Shown here: positions 21,162-31,875 of the stretch, one piece after another | Numbering within the stretch: the first letter of the stretch is position 1 | Layout: every line of letters starts with the position of its first letter | NCBI GenBank assembly: GCA_964291265.2 | Contig: OZ219747.1 | Coordinates: 4,032,001-4,096,000, forward strand | Reading direction: 5' to 3' | From: Alphaproteobacteria bacterium | GTDB lineage: Bacteria > Pseudomonadota > Alphaproteobacteria > SP197 | DNA length: 64,000 nucleotides | Program-made: the position numbers and the translations under genes | Notes under the pieces: generated by a model | The model's database searches: none | What the model was told of the DNA's origin: nothing | What the model saw: only the letters and a program-made list of their open reading frames with translations

Positions 21162-22109
21162 TCAGGCTTTGGCGACGCGATAGGCACCGGGACCGTCCTG
21201 TGCGACACGTCCTTCCTGGACGAGCTTGGCCAGAAGCGTGGCGACGGTCGTGTTCCGTGTTGGGACGCGGTCCCGGACCTGGCGCAGCGAGAGCGGGGCA
21301 TCGGCGTCGGCGAGGACCTGGACGATGCGCTGTTCGGGGGTTGGCGGCTGCGGCCTGGCGCCGTCGGGTTCCTGTTGCCGCAGCTGCAGGGCGGCTCCGT
21401 TGCCGCTGTCGGTGAGTTCGATGTCGAGATCGGCGAGTCCGGGTGCGGCGCGGTGTTCGACGGTCATGAGGATGGTTTCGTGGCGGCGCCGCAGGTAGAG
21501 GTTGCTGTCGCCCCATGCGTGCAGCTCGCTGCTTCCGCGCAGGGCCTGTCCGGGCCGGCTGGCGGCGCTCTTGCGTGCGTGGTGGACGAGCAGCACGGCG
21601 GCGCCGGAGTGTCGCTGCACGTCGCGCAGGAAGCCGAGGATCGGCGCGATCTCGGCGACGGCGTTTTCATCGACGCCGTGCAGGCGGACGAGGGGGTCGA
21701 GGATGAGCAGGCGGGAGCCGTGACACTCGACGGTCTCGAGCAGGCGCTGGCGGTCGGTTGGGTGGTCGAGGCGCAGTGCGGGGACGTCGATGACGGCGAT
21801 GTCGAGGGTGTCGAAGTCGGCGCCGGCTGCGGCGGCGATGCCCTGGAGGCGGCGTCGCACGATGTGGCCGGCGTCCTCGGCGGCGAACATGAGCACCGGT
21901 CCGGGGTGCACGGCCGGGAAGCGGCGCAGACAGGGGACGCCGGCGGCGACGGCGACGGCGAGATCGAGGGCGAGGAAGGACTTTCCGCACTTGGGTTCGC
22001 CGCCGATGATGCCGACGGCCTCGCGGCCCCACAGGCCGTCGACGAGCCACTGCCCCTCGGTTGGCCGGTCCTCGAGTTCGGCCGGGCTGCGGGTTGGCAG
22101 GCCGATCAT
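21162..22109 (-). CDS. AAA_25/RepA-type SF4-like helicase
   Basis: WLVDGLW, Walker A GEPKCGKS, FAAED, Walker B LLILDPL, LVHHARK and LRGSSEL. Confidence 0.85.
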   Translation of the reverse strand: MIGLPTRSPAELEDRPTEGQWLVDGLWGREAVGIIGGEPKCGKSFLALDLAVAVAAGVPCLRRFPAVHPGPVLMFAAEDAGHIVRRRLQGIAAAAGADFDTLDIAVIDVPALRLDHPTDRQRLLETVECHGSRLLILDPLVRLHGVDENAVAEIAPILGFLRDVQRHSGAAVLLVHHARKSAASRPGQALRGSSELHAWGDSNLYLRRRHETILMTVEHRAAPGLADLDIELTDSGNGAALQLRQQEPDGARPQPPTPEQRIVQVLADADAPLSLRQVRDRVPTRNTTVATLLAKLVQEGRVAQDGPGAYRVAKA

Positions 22110-22936
22110 CGTGTGCGCCTCGGCGGGATGGGTTCGCCCCAGGTTTCGAGGAAGAGCTTTTCGTCGAGCACCTCGCGGTCGGTGTCGAGGGCGACAGCGA
22201 GGAGGTTGTCGGCGAGGATGGTCAGGGAGCGCGGATTGCCGTCTGCATGGACGACGAGGGTCTCCTTGAGGCCGGGGGTCATGAGGCCTGGATTGCCGGC
22301 GGCGTCGAGCAGGTGGTCGAGCAGGCGGAGCAGTTCGTCGGGTTCGCAGCGCGTCATGACGAGGCGTTGACGGACCCGCGAGGCGACGGCTTGCAGGTCG
22401 GGGCTGTGCAGCTTGGCGAGCAGGCGGCTGTCGCCGGCCAGGACGACGCTGAGGATGGCGCGCGAGTCGAACTCCGTGGAGGCGAGCAGGCGCAGTTCGG
22501 TGAGCACGGCCTGCGGCATCTCCTGGGCCTCGTCGACGAGCAGGACCGGGCGCATGCGGGTGTCCTCGAGATGGGTGAGCCAGCACTCGCGCAAGGCCTT
22601 GAAGCCGGCCCAGAGGTTCCGGCGCAGGGTCGTGATGCCGAAGAGGTCGGTCATCTCGCGGTAGAAGTCTGCGGTGCTCGACGAGGGATGGGCGAGAACG
22701 GCGACGTCGAGGCCCTCCGCGGTCTCGAGACGCTCGTCGAGCAGGCGCAGGGCGACGCTCTTGCCGGTGCCATGCTCGCCGGCCACCACGGCGAAGCCGC
22801 CCTGGCGCACGAGCTGACGCTCGATCCTGCGGCAGAAGCTGTCGATCGCGGGCGTTGCGAGAAGGCCCTCGACCGGCAGGTCGGCGGCGAAGGGGTTCCA
22901 CTTGAGGCCGTAATGGGTGAGGTGTTGGCGGTTCAT
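22106..22936 (-). CDS. ExeA/AAA_22-type transposition ATPase
   Basis: HYGLKWNPF, GEHGTGKS, LLVDEAQEM and GNPR; ATGA overlap with the transposase. Confidence 0.88.
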   Translation of the reverse strand: MNRQHLTHYGLKWNPFAADLPVEGLLATPAIDSFCRRIERQLVRQGGFAVVAGEHGTGKSVALRLLDERLETAEGLDVAVLAHPSSSTADFYREMTDLFGITTLRRNLWAGFKALRECWLTHLEDTRMRPVLLVDEAQEMPQAVLTELRLLASTEFDSRAILSVVLAGDSRLLAKLHSPDLQAVASRVRQRLVMTRCEPDELLRLLDHLLDAAGNPGLMTPGLKETLVVHADGNPRSLTILADNLLAVALDTDREVLDEKLFLETWGEPIPPRRTR

Positions 22937-24450
22937 GACATGTCTCCCTGATCGTTGTTGTCCTTGCCTTCGTCGTTCGGGCCGGCCTCCTTGCCGAAGG
23001 GCAACCATGCCGGGGGCAGGCCGGTGGCGTCCTGCTCGTCGCGGAGGCGCTTGAGCAGCGGCGCCGGCCCGGTCTGTGGCTTCACCTCGTCGTCTTCTCT
23101 CCGGCGCCCGGTCCGGCGGCGGAGCCCCTCGGCGTTGCGAGACTTGTCCACCGGACGCAGGGTCGAGATGCGGTCCCCGGTGCGGCCGTCGACCATGTCG
23201 ATGCCGGAGAGGTCCCAGCGGGCGACGCGCAGGTCGATCTCGCGCAGGTGGCGCCACGGCGCCGGCAGTTGATAGCGGACACTCGCCACCGTCACCGTGG
23301 CGTCGGAGCGTCGCACCTTGCGACGCACCTTGATGCGGAAGGCGGCCCGGAGTTCGCTGCTGTCCGGGCATGTCCGCGAGGCGTCCTCGCTGTCGATCAC
23401 GCGCCTGAGCGGCGTGACCCCCGTCTCGCGGTGTACGCGGCGGTGATACTCGCGCTCGAACCAGATGACGGTGGCGTCGTTCAGGTCCTGCAGGGTCAGG
23501 GTCTCGACGTTCTCGAGCATCGCCATCAGGCGGCCCTCGACCTGGGCGAACAGCACCTCCTGCTTGCCGTTCTGGTACGGGCTGCGGACAAGCGTGTGGT
23601 GGTGCAGCACGCCGAGGGCGTGCAGTCCCTCCTGCACCTCCCCGGCCGTCATCGCCGATCCGTTGTCGGTCAGAAGGGACCGCGGCAGCCCTCGCTTCAT
23701 GAAGGCCTGGCTGATGCCGTGAACGAAGATCTCCGTGGTCTCCCCGAGATACCACTGCATGTGGCAGACGAGACGCGAGTGGTCGTCGATGAAGCTGAGC
23801 AGGATCGGCGTCCTCCACTCCCCGGACGGCGTCAGCACGCGACAGGTCCGCGCATGGTGGAAGTCGGCGTGCCACAGGGCATGGCTGCGCGAGACCTCGT
23901 AGCTCAGCACCTCGCGCCCCTCGACCGCAGGCCGCTCCGCTTCACCACCGAACTTCCGCTGCCGCCGCCGCCGCTCCAGGCCCGCCGAACGCATGACCCG
24001 GGTCAGCGTCGCATAGGACGGCATCGGCCCGAGCGAAGGGTCGGCCTCGACCAGCGCGCAAAGGTTGTCGTGGTGGAGCTGAACCGACCACGTGGGGTGC
24101 GCCCTGTACTGGTCGCGCAAGGCCGCCATCAGCAGGGGCGAGACGCTCCGCGCACGACCGGCGTCGCAGCGCACCCGACGGCGCAGCGCCCGCACCGGAT
24201 CCCGGTCGGCCGACCGCGCCTTGTAGTACCAGCGCTCGATCGTCGACACCGAGAAGCGGATCGTGCCGCCCCTGACGGGATGCTCCCAGTCCCGCCGCGA
24301 CAGCCGTTGAAGCTCGGCCCGCAAACCACCCTTCGGCGGCGGCGACGCCAGCAGCGGGCCAACCACCGCAAAGCGCAGCCGCGTCCAGGCGTCCCCGGCG
24401 TCCGCTTCGTCCTTCGTCACCACGACGGCCTTCCTCCCTCGTCGTCCCAT
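22933..24450 (-). CDS. DDE transposase (rve core, Mu-type C-terminus)
   Basis: LWHADFHH, FIDDHSRL, LTDNGSA, PYQNGKQE, EYHRRVHRETG and RKVRRSDATVTV. Confidence 0.9.
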   Translation of the reverse strand: MGRRGRKAVVVTKDEADAGDAWTRLRFAVVGPLLASPPPKGGLRAELQRLSRRDWEHPVRGGTIRFSVSTIERWYYKARSADRDPVRALRRRVRCDAGRARSVSPLLMAALRDQYRAHPTWSVQLHHDNLCALVEADPSLGPMPSYATLTRVMRSAGLERRRRQRKFGGEAERPAVEGREVLSYEVSRSHALWHADFHHARTCRVLTPSGEWRTPILLSFIDDHSRLVCHMQWYLGETTEIFVHGISQAFMKRGLPRSLLTDNGSAMTAGEVQEGLHALGVLHHHTLVRSPYQNGKQEVLFAQVEGRLMAMLENVETLTLQDLNDATVIWFEREYHRRVHRETGVTPLRRVIDSEDASRTCPDSSELRAAFRIKVRRKVRRSDATVTVASVRYQLPAPWRHLREIDLRVARWDLSGIDMVDGRTGDRISTLRPVDKSRNAEGLRRRTGRRREDDEVKPQTGPAPLLKRLRDEQDATGLPPAWLPFGKEAGPNDEGKDNNDQGDMS

Positions 24451-24472
24451 GGGAGGAAGGCCCTATACGGTC

Positions 24473-25087
24473 CTATGTCATCGCACTACAGGCACTCTCT
24501 GCGGGCGGCGACAGACCATCGACGATCCTGCAGAAGCCGGTCCACGGCATGAGCCAGACCAGGCTCCGCAGAAGGCGCGATCGAAACGATCCGCCGCGCA
24601 TCAAGCGCACCAGGGCCACAAGCGGAGGCTCGTCCGCCTCCACCGCCAGATCGCCACGTTTCCAGCGCCACGCCGCCGTCGCCGGGAACCTCTCCCGCCA
24701 CCATCGACGCCACCGGCCAAGCGTCCTCTCCGGGATGCCAGACATGCGGCTCGCCTTCGCCAGGGGAACACTGCCGCACAGAACCAGGAGGCTCGCAGCC
24801 AGGTATACCGGCGCCGCACGGAACCTCCGGCCGAAGAAGCGCACCGAGGGCGGAGTCGTCCGGCTCCTGCACTCAGCACAGCAGAAGCTGAAGCGGCGGT
24901 TGTCGCCGCGAAGAGCAGGCGCAAGCGCGTGCGGCTTGCGCGGATACCGCGCGCTGTGAAGACGACCGCCGCAATGCGGGCATCCCTCCAGGCGGCAGCG
25001 CTCCGCCTCGGCCGCATCAATCCTCTCAAGGAGAGGCCAGACATGAGCGCAGGAAAGTATGGGACCCGGGAAGGAAACGTGCGACAT
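24473..25087 (-). CDS. Cys-rich zinc-ribbon/HTH accessory protein of the transposon
   Basis: CPHCGGRLHSARYPRKP, RFSFCCAECRSRTTPPSVRF and GIPERTLGRWRRWW; directly upstream of the transposase. Confidence 0.7.
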   Translation of the reverse strand: MSHVSFPGPILSCAHVWPLLERIDAAEAERCRLEGCPHCGGRLHSARYPRKPHALAPALRGDNRRFSFCCAECRSRTTPPSVRFFGRRFRAAPVYLAASLLVLCGSVPLAKASRMSGIPERTLGRWRRWWRERFPATAAWRWKRGDLAVEADEPPLVALVRLMRGGSFRSRLLRSLVWLMPWTGFCRIVDGLSPPAESACSAMT

Positions 25088-25312
25088 TGACTGGCCTCCG
25101 GTGATCTCACCGTCACGGAGACAAGCCCCTCGGCCGACTTCTTGCAAGTCGGTCGAGGGGCAATCACCCCAGACCAGCAGACAATTCAAGCAAAACCGAC
25201 GGAATCCACGTCAAAAATCGCGCAAACGCTTAGATGGCATGCCCGATGAGCGCTGCTCGACCGTGCATGTCGTTGTGCGTGGAACCCGGGAAGACAGACC
25301 GGATACGCCCGC

Positions 25313-26042
25313 CTACTCTCGTCTGGCGCCGAAACCGCCGACGATGCCGCGCTTCTCGAAGGTGCCCGCGGCCTCGACAAGGTTGGAGTCGTGGAAGCCG
25401 CCCCGGATGTTGTCCCCCGAGGCTCCGGAACCGAATGTGCCGTCCGCGCCGACCGGAACATCGTCGAATCTGACGGAGCCGACGGACCAGGCATTGCCGT
25501 TCGCATTGTCCCGGATGTTGCCGATCGCCACGTCGAGCGTGCCGTCCACGGCGCTCCAGGAGAGAGTCGCGTCCCCGGCCAGGCGGGTTCCGACCGTGGC
25601 TCCCTCGACCGCCGTCCCGACCATGCGCCCGGTCCACGTGGCATTGGCCGGCGGCCGCGATCCTGTCAGGTCTCCGCCGGCAAACCCGAAGCGCGTCATC
25701 GGCGTCCCGAGTTCTTCAGCCATACCGAACACGCTGTGCGTCATCCAGTAGCCGTAGGTTCTTCGACCGTCGGAGCGGTATTCGAAGTCGGTTGCGCCGT
25801 TGCGGGTGGCGCCCCTGGCGACGCCCGAGACATCTGCCGGGAAGAGGTCGGAGATCGTCCGGGCCGGGGGGGGTGTCCTCGCCGATCTACAGGCAGCGAA
25901 CCTGAACGCATGCAGCCGTCCCGACAGGACTGCTTCCGGCATAGGCACCGGTCGCGACGAGGGCATCCGCGCGCCGGGCGAAGTCCCGGGCACGCGCCTT
26001 CTGCTCCTCCGGCCTCTCCGATTCCGACGGACCGACGCCGAA
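25313..26042 (-). pseudogene. 3' part of a surface lipoprotein with a TbpB-like beta-barrel, interrupted by the IS21-like element and frameshifted
   Basis: ATWTGRMVG...IRGGF...EAAGTFEKRGIVGGFGARRE. The 5' part lies at 43258-43463 across the CCGAA TSD. Confidence 0.65.
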
Positions 26043-26466
26043 TGTTGATGGCTGCATAGAACGGCGGGATTTCGGCGATTTGCCGCGCTTTGTCAGGGTC
26101 GTGTTTCTTCCCTGTTGTCAGGTCCTATTGTCACGTCCTGTTGTCGTGGTTTGAGTGTTCGGCTGGTTGTCTCCCCGAGCGCCGCCGTCTTTTCCTATTG
26201 TCGTTTTGGTCCGGTTCGGGTTCCGTCGACCTCTGCTTCGGTCTTGGTGACGGTTGCCGGGAGGGTTCCGGTTCCGAGGCACTCGCGGGATTGTTTGTCT
26301 TCCCTGTGGGCGGGTCGCGTTGTCCGGTCCCGGGGCGGCGTCTTTGCCGCCGCCCCGGGTGGATGCTAGATCGGCATCAAGAGAAAGAGCGATGCGATGC
26401 CGGGCGGAGTTGTGACGCCCCCCGGCGCAGCACCCGGACGAGCCGGTCACGGGGGACCGAACTCCC

Positions 26467-26997
26467 GTGTATTGTCGAGCCATTTTGCGTCCGGGTCCAC
26501 CCCCGCTCTCGAGACGGACGGTGTGCACGACAGGACGACTGTTCAACTGCAGGCGGTGTCAGCGGCAGGTTGTTCTCTGCCGGTCGTGTGACCGGGGGCA
26601 TGTGTATTGCTCCAAGGAGTGCAGGGAGCGGTCCCGGATCGAGCGGCGCCGCGCGTCGCGTCGTCGCTACCAGAGCACGCTGAAGGGCCGTGAGACGGGC
26701 CGTCACCGCCAGCGGCGTTACCGGCTCCGCAAGGCGGAGGAGGCGCGTGCGTTGAAGGCCAGGGCGGCGATGGTTGCCGAGATCATGGGCACGCAGACGT
26801 CTGCTGTGGTGCTGCTTGGCGACGTTCCGGCGGTGTCTGGAGACGCCGGTTCTGAAGAAATCGTTACGGACCACCCTTCCCGACTGCTGCCGACCTCCCT
26901 ACCTGCGGTTGTGAAGGCGCAAGAGCGACGCGAATCGCCGCTTCGGTGCGCCCGGTGCGGACGGGTCGTGACGCATGTGGTGCTGAGGGACCTGTGA
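26467..26997 (+). CDS. Cys-rich hypothetical protein (orf1 of the IS21-like element)
   Basis: CRRC..CRSCDRGHVYCSKEC and C-terminal CARCG; intact in all three copies. The true start may be the GTG at 26521. Confidence 0.65.
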   Translation: MYCRAILRPGPPPLSRRTVCTTGRLFNCRRCQRQVVLCRSCDRGHVYCSKECRERSRIERRRASRRRYQSTLKGRETGRHRQRRYRLRKAEEARALKARAAMVAEIMGTQTSAVVLLGDVPAVSGDAGSEEIVTDHPSRLLPTSLPAVVKAQERRESPLRCARCGRVVTHVVLRDL

Positions 26998-27029
26998 TGC
27001 GGCGTTGAGGAACCAAAGGGAGGGAGTTC

Positions 27030-27790
27030 ATGGCGATCGACGAGGACACGCGGGCGACGATCGTGCGGCTGTCGCGGGCCGAGGGCTGGGCTGTGGGGAC
27101 GATTGCCCGGCATCTCGGCGTGCACCACGGCACGGTGACGCGGGCGCTCAAGGCGTCGGGGCAGGAGCGGCGGCCGCGGGCCAAGCTCATCGACCCCTTC
27201 GTTGCCTTCCTCGGGGAGCGTCTTGAGGCGTCGCCGGACCTTCCGGCCAGCACGCTCTGGCGACAGGTCGTGGCTCTGGGCTACCGCGGCGGCGAGGATC
27301 ACTTCCGTCACGACCTGCGCCGCCTCGGGCTGAGGCCGGTGAAGAGGCCCGAGCCGTCGCTGCGGCTGAGCTTCCTTCCGGGCGAGCAGGCGCAGGTTGA
27401 CTGGGCCGAGTTCGGGAAGGTCCGCATCGGCCGGGCGGAGCGCAGGCTCATGGGGCTTCTCGTCACCCTCAGCTACTCGCGCCAGACTGTCCTGAGCCTG
27501 TTCCACGACGCGCGGATGGCCAGCTTCCTGCAAGGCCATGTCGAGGCTTTCGCGGCATTCGGGGGTGTGCCGCGGAGGCTTCTGTACGACAACCTGAAGA
27601 GTGCCGTGGTGACGCGCCGCGGCAAGGCGGTCACCTATCATCCGATGCTGCTCGGCCTCGCGGCCCACTATGCCTTCGAACCGAGCGCCGCCTGGCCCAG
27701 GAGCCCGCAGGAGAAGGGCCGCGTGGAACGCCGTGTGCGCTTCGCGCGCACCGGGTTCTTCGCCGGGCGCGACATCACGGTCCCGCTCGG
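27030..27790 (+). pseudogene. istA: istA 5' part, interrupted by nested copy B (resumes at 33111-33848)
   Basis: Same protein as 28778-30271 up to ITVPLG, where the left end of copy B begins. Confidence 0.92.
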
Positions 27791-28214
27791 TGTTGATGGC
27801 TGCATAGAACGGCGGGATTTCGGCGATTTGCCGCGCTTTGTCAGGGTCGTGTTTCTTCCCTGTTGTCAGGTCCTATTGTCACGTCCTGTTGTCGTGGTTT
27901 GAGTGTTCGGCTGGTTGTCTCCCCGAGCGCCGCCGTCTTTTCCTATTGTCGTTTTGGTCCGGTTCGGGTTCCGTCGACCTCTGCTTCGGTTTTGGTGACG
28001 GTTGCCGGGAGGGTTCCGGTTCCGAGGCACTCGCGGGATTGTTTGTCTTCCCTGTGGGCGGGTCGCGTTGTCCGGTCCCGGGGCGGCGTCTTTGCCGCCG
28101 CCCCGGGTGGATGCTAGATCGGCATCAAGAGAAAGAGCGATGCGATGCCGGGCGGAGTTGTGACGCCCCCCGGCGCAGCACCCGGACGAGCCGGTCACGG
28201 GGGACCGAACTCCC

Positions 28215-28745
28215 GTGTATTGTCGAGCCATTTTGCGTCCGGGTCCACCCCCGCTCTCGAGACGGACGGTGTGCACGACAGGACGACTGTTCAACTGCAG
28301 GCGGTGTCAGCGGCAGGTTGTTCTCTGCCGGTCGTGTGACCGGGGGCATGTGTATTGCTCCAAGGAGTGCAGGGAGCGGTCCCGGATCGAGCGGCGCCGC
28401 GCGTCGCGTCGTCGCTACCAGAGCACGCTGAAGGGCCGTGAGACGGGCCGTCACCGCCAGCGGCGTTACCGGCTCCGCAAGGCGGAGGAGGCGCGTGCGT
28501 TGAAGGCCAGGGCGGCGATGGTTGCCGAGATCATGGGCACGCAGACGTCTGCTGTGGTGCTGCTTGGCGACGTTCCGGCGGTGTCTGGAGACGCCGGTTC
28601 TGAAGAAATCGTTACGGACCACCCTTCCCGACTGCTGCCGACCTCCCTACCTGCGGTTGTGAAGGCGCGAGAGCGACGCGAATCGCCGCTTCGGTGCGCC
28701 CGGTGCGGACGGGTCGTGACGCATGTGGTGCTGAGGGACCTGTGA
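28215..28745 (+). CDS. Cys-rich orf1, copy B
   Basis: Near-identical to 26467-26997. Confidence 0.65.
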   Translation: MYCRAILRPGPPPLSRRTVCTTGRLFNCRRCQRQVVLCRSCDRGHVYCSKECRERSRIERRRASRRRYQSTLKGRETGRHRQRRYRLRKAEEARALKARAAMVAEIMGTQTSAVVLLGDVPAVSGDAGSEEIVTDHPSRLLPTSLPAVVKARERRESPLRCARCGRVVTHVVLRDL

Positions 28746-28777
28746 TGCGGCGTTGAGGAACCAAAGGGAGGGAGTTC

Positions 28778-30271
28778 ATGGCGATCGACGAGGACACGCG
28801 GGCGACGATCGTGCGGCTGTCGCGGGCCGAGGGCTGGGCTGTGGGGACGATTGCCCGGCATCTCGGCGTGCACCACGGCACGGTGACGCGGGCGCTCAAG
28901 GCGTCGGGGCAGGAGCGGCGGCCGCGGGCCAAGCTCATCGACCCCTTCGTTGCCTTCCTCGGGGAGCGTCTTGAGGCGTCGCCGGACCTTCCGGCCAGCA
29001 CGCTCTGGCGACAGGTCGTGGCTCTGGGCTACCGCGGCGGCGAGGATCACTTCCGTCACGACCTGCGCCGCCTTGGGCTGAGGCCGGTGAAGAGGCCCGA
29101 GCCGTCGCTGCGGCTGAGCTTCCTTCCGGGCGAGCAGGCGCAGGTTGACTGGGCCGAGTTCGGGAAGGTCCGCATCGGCCGGGCGGAGCGCAGGCTCATG
29201 GGGCTTCTCGTCACCCTCAGCTACTCGCGCCAGACTGTCCTGAGCCTGTTCCACGACGCGCGGATGGCCAGCTTCCTGCAAGGCCATGTCGAGGCTTTCG
29301 CGGCATTCGGGGGTGTGCCGCGGAGGCTTCTGTACGACAACCTGAAGAGTGCCGTGGTGACGCGCCGCGGCAAGGCGGTCACCTATCATCCGATGCTGCT
29401 CGGCCTCGCGGCCCACTATGCCTTCGAACCGAGCGCCGCCTGGCCCAGGAGCCCGCAGGAGAAGGGCCGCGTGGAACGCCGTGTGCGCTTCGCGCGCACC
29501 GGGTTCTTCGCCGGGCGCGACATCACGGTCCCGCTCGGCGAGCTCAACGCCGCGGTTCGGGAGTGGTGCTTCGGCGCCGCCGCGGAGCGGCCCTGGCCGG
29601 ACGACGACAGTCTCCTGGTGCGGGACGCCTTCGCCCGGGAGAGGGAGCACCTGATCGTCCTTCCCGCCGATCCCTTCCCGCATCACGAGGTCCGCCCGGT
29701 GCGCATCGACAAGACCTGCCACGCCCGCTTCGACACCAACGACTACAGCGTTCCGGGTAGCTTCTCCAAGGCCCTGCTGACGCTGGTCGCCGACCGCGAC
29801 GAGGTCCGCATCCTCGACGGCGCCGACGAGGTCGCGCGCCACCGACGCTCCTACGACAGGAAGCAGGCCGTCACCGATCCGGAGCATGCCAGGGCGATCG
29901 CCGCGGGCAAGCGGCGGGCCCGCTCCATGAGCGTCCGCGACCGGGTCCTGCGCACCGTGCCGCGGGCCGAGGAGATGCTGGCGCGCGCCGGGACCAACGG
30001 GCGCAACGTGGCCTCCTGCGCCCGGATGCTGGAGACGCTTCTCAACGCGCACGGCGCCGACGCTCTCGACCGGGCTGTCGCCACGGCCCTGGAGCGCGGC
30101 TCGTGCCACCCCGAAACCGTGCGCGTCATCATCGAGGAGCGCCGCCGGGAGCAGGGCCTGCCGCCCCTCAGCATCGCCGACGACGGCCGCGGCGGCCGTG
30201 GCACGACGCCGCGGGGGACCGCTCTCGACGCCTACGACAGGCCCGAAGCCAGCGCCAGGAACAAGACATGA
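28778..30271 (+). CDS. istA: IS21-family transposase IstA
   Basis: PGEQAQVDW, LSYSR, FGGVPRRLLYDNLKSAV, PQEKGRVER and FDTNDYSVP. Confidence 0.95.
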   Translation: MAIDEDTRATIVRLSRAEGWAVGTIARHLGVHHGTVTRALKASGQERRPRAKLIDPFVAFLGERLEASPDLPASTLWRQVVALGYRGGEDHFRHDLRRLGLRPVKRPEPSLRLSFLPGEQAQVDWAEFGKVRIGRAERRLMGLLVTLSYSRQTVLSLFHDARMASFLQGHVEAFAAFGGVPRRLLYDNLKSAVVTRRGKAVTYHPMLLGLAAHYAFEPSAAWPRSPQEKGRVERRVRFARTGFFAGRDITVPLGELNAAVREWCFGAAAERPWPDDDSLLVRDAFAREREHLIVLPADPFPHHEVRPVRIDKTCHARFDTNDYSVPGSFSKALLTLVADRDEVRILDGADEVARHRRSYDRKQAVTDPEHARAIAAGKRRARSMSVRDRVLRTVPRAEEMLARAGTNGRNVASCARMLETLLNAHGADALDRAVATALERGSCHPETVRVIIEERRREQGLPPLSIADDGRGGRGTTPRGTALDAYDRPEASARNKT

Positions 30272-30969
30272 GCGAGCTCAGGGAGCGTGCCCGGGCGCTC
30301 GGCCTCCACGGGCTCGTCGAACGCTGGGACGAGGTCGCCGGGACCGCATGGATCGAGGAGGTGGTCAGCGGCGAGGAACAGGCCCGCAGGGCCCGCAGCC
30401 ACGAGCGCCGCCGCGCCGCGGCGCGGCTGCCCGCCTTCAAGCCCCTGGCGGACTTCGACTGGACATGGCCGCGCGACATCAGCCGGGCTCATGTCGAAGC
30501 GCTCCTCGGCCTCGGCTTCGTCGACCGTGCGGACAACGCCGTGCTCGTCGGCGGGCAGGGCACCGGAAAGACCATGATCGCCGCCAACGTGGCGCACCAG
30601 GCCCTGCTGCACGGCCACACCGTCCGCTTCGAGAAGGCGCCGGAACTGCTCGAGGCACTCGCCGAGACCGTCTCGCGCAGCGAGCTGCGCCGCCGCCTCG
30701 CGATCCTCGCCAGGCCCCGCCTGCTCGTCCTCGACGAAATCGGCTACGTGACCCTCGAAAGCCACCATGCCGACATCCTCTACGCCATCGTCTCGCGGCG
30801 CTATCAGCGCCGCTCGACCATGGTCACGACAAGCCTCGCCTTCGCCCAGTGGGACCGCGTCTTCCCCAGCGCCTCCGGCATCGCCGGCACCGTCGACCGG
30901 CTCATGCACGACGCAACCCTCATCTCCATCGACAGCGACTCCTGGCGGCTCAGGCGTGAAACCCGATAA
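30268..30969 (+). CDS. istB: IS21-family ATPase IstB
   Basis: LADFDWTW, GGQGTGKT, LLVLDEIGY and DRLMH...DSWR; ATGA overlap with istA. Confidence 0.95.
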   Translation: MSELRERARALGLHGLVERWDEVAGTAWIEEVVSGEEQARRARSHERRRAAARLPAFKPLADFDWTWPRDISRAHVEALLGLGFVDRADNAVLVGGQGTGKTMIAANVAHQALLHGHTVRFEKAPELLEALAETVSRSELRRRLAILARPRLLVLDEIGYVTLESHHADILYAIVSRRYQRRSTMVTTSLAFAQWDRVFPSASGIAGTVDRLMHDATLISIDSDSWRLRRETR

Positions 30970-31849
30970 ACCCCGCCGCGTCGACTTCGACGCCGTCAAG
31001 CGCATGCCGTTCGAACGCATCGCCGCCGACTGGGGATACGTCCGCGACGAACAGGCCTCGACACGCGCCAACCCCGTCCTGTGCGCACCCGGCCTGCCGA
31101 AGCTCGTCACGAAGTGCCTCAACAACGGACACTGGGTCTACTTCAACACCCAGAACGATGAAGACAACGGAACCGTCATCGACTTCATGCTCAACCGCGG
31201 ACTGGCCTTCGCCGACATCTGCACCCGCTTCACAGCACCCGACACCGCGCCACGCGACTTCCGCAGCCTCTGGGCCGCGGCAACGCCCGATGCGGCCCCG
31301 GACTGGCTCACCGGGCGCGGCATCCTCCCGGAGACCCTCGACACCTGCCGCCCCCTGGTCCGCCGCGACCACAACGGACGCGTCCTCTTCGCCCATCGCA
31401 ACAGGAAGCGAAAGCTCACCGGCTTCGAGATCGGTCCCCCCGACGGACCGAAACGCTTCGCCACCGGTGGAACCCGAAGCCTGTTCGCCGTCCGCGCCGG
31501 AACCGCCGCGGACCTCGAGGCCCTCGTCATCACCGAAAGCGCCGTCGACGCCCTCAGCCTGGCCCAGATCGACCAATGTCCCCCCAGCCACGCCTTCCTC
31601 TCCACCGCCGGGGCACCCTCGCGAAGACAGCACGAACAGATCAGCCTCGCCGCAAGCAGCCTGCCCAACGTCAGGACCATCGTCCTCGCCCAGGACCACG
31701 ACGAGGCCGGAGAGCGACAGGCCGAAACCCTGCGCAAAAAGATGAAGCTCCCCTCCCACGTCTCGTTCCACAGACGCAGACCGCCGGAAAACGCCGACTG
31801 GAACGACGTCGTCAACGCCAGGACCAAAGAACCACAAGCGAGATCATGA
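30956..31849 (+). CDS. Toprim-domain primase-like protein (DUF3991/Toprim type)
   Basis: DNGTVIDF, WLTGRGI, VLFAH..GFEI, VITESAVDALS, LAQDHDEAGE and DWNDVV; the GTG start overlaps the end of istB. Confidence 0.85.
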   Translation: MKPDKPRRVDFDAVKRMPFERIAADWGYVRDEQASTRANPVLCAPGLPKLVTKCLNNGHWVYFNTQNDEDNGTVIDFMLNRGLAFADICTRFTAPDTAPRDFRSLWAAATPDAAPDWLTGRGILPETLDTCRPLVRRDHNGRVLFAHRNRKRKLTGFEIGPPDGPKRFATGGTRSLFAVRAGTAADLEALVITESAVDALSLAQIDQCPPSHAFLSTAGAPSRRQHEQISLAASSLPNVRTIVLAQDHDEAGERQAETLRKKMKLPSHVSFHRRRPPENADWNDVVNARTKEPQARS

Positions 31850-31875
31850 CCACGTCCGTCACAAGGAGACCACTC

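Larger units (their letters stand above)
20026..25296 (-). mobile_element. Candidate 5.27-kb DDE transposon with a primase/helicase module
   Basis: TGTC...GACA ends. Flanks GATCG (20021-20025) and GACCG (25297-25301) form a 4/5 putative TSD. A subterminal motif GCG(T/C)T(G/C)ATCGGGCA occurs at both ends in inverted orientation. Five co-oriented ORFs lie inside. Boundaries are tentative. Confidence 0.65.
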
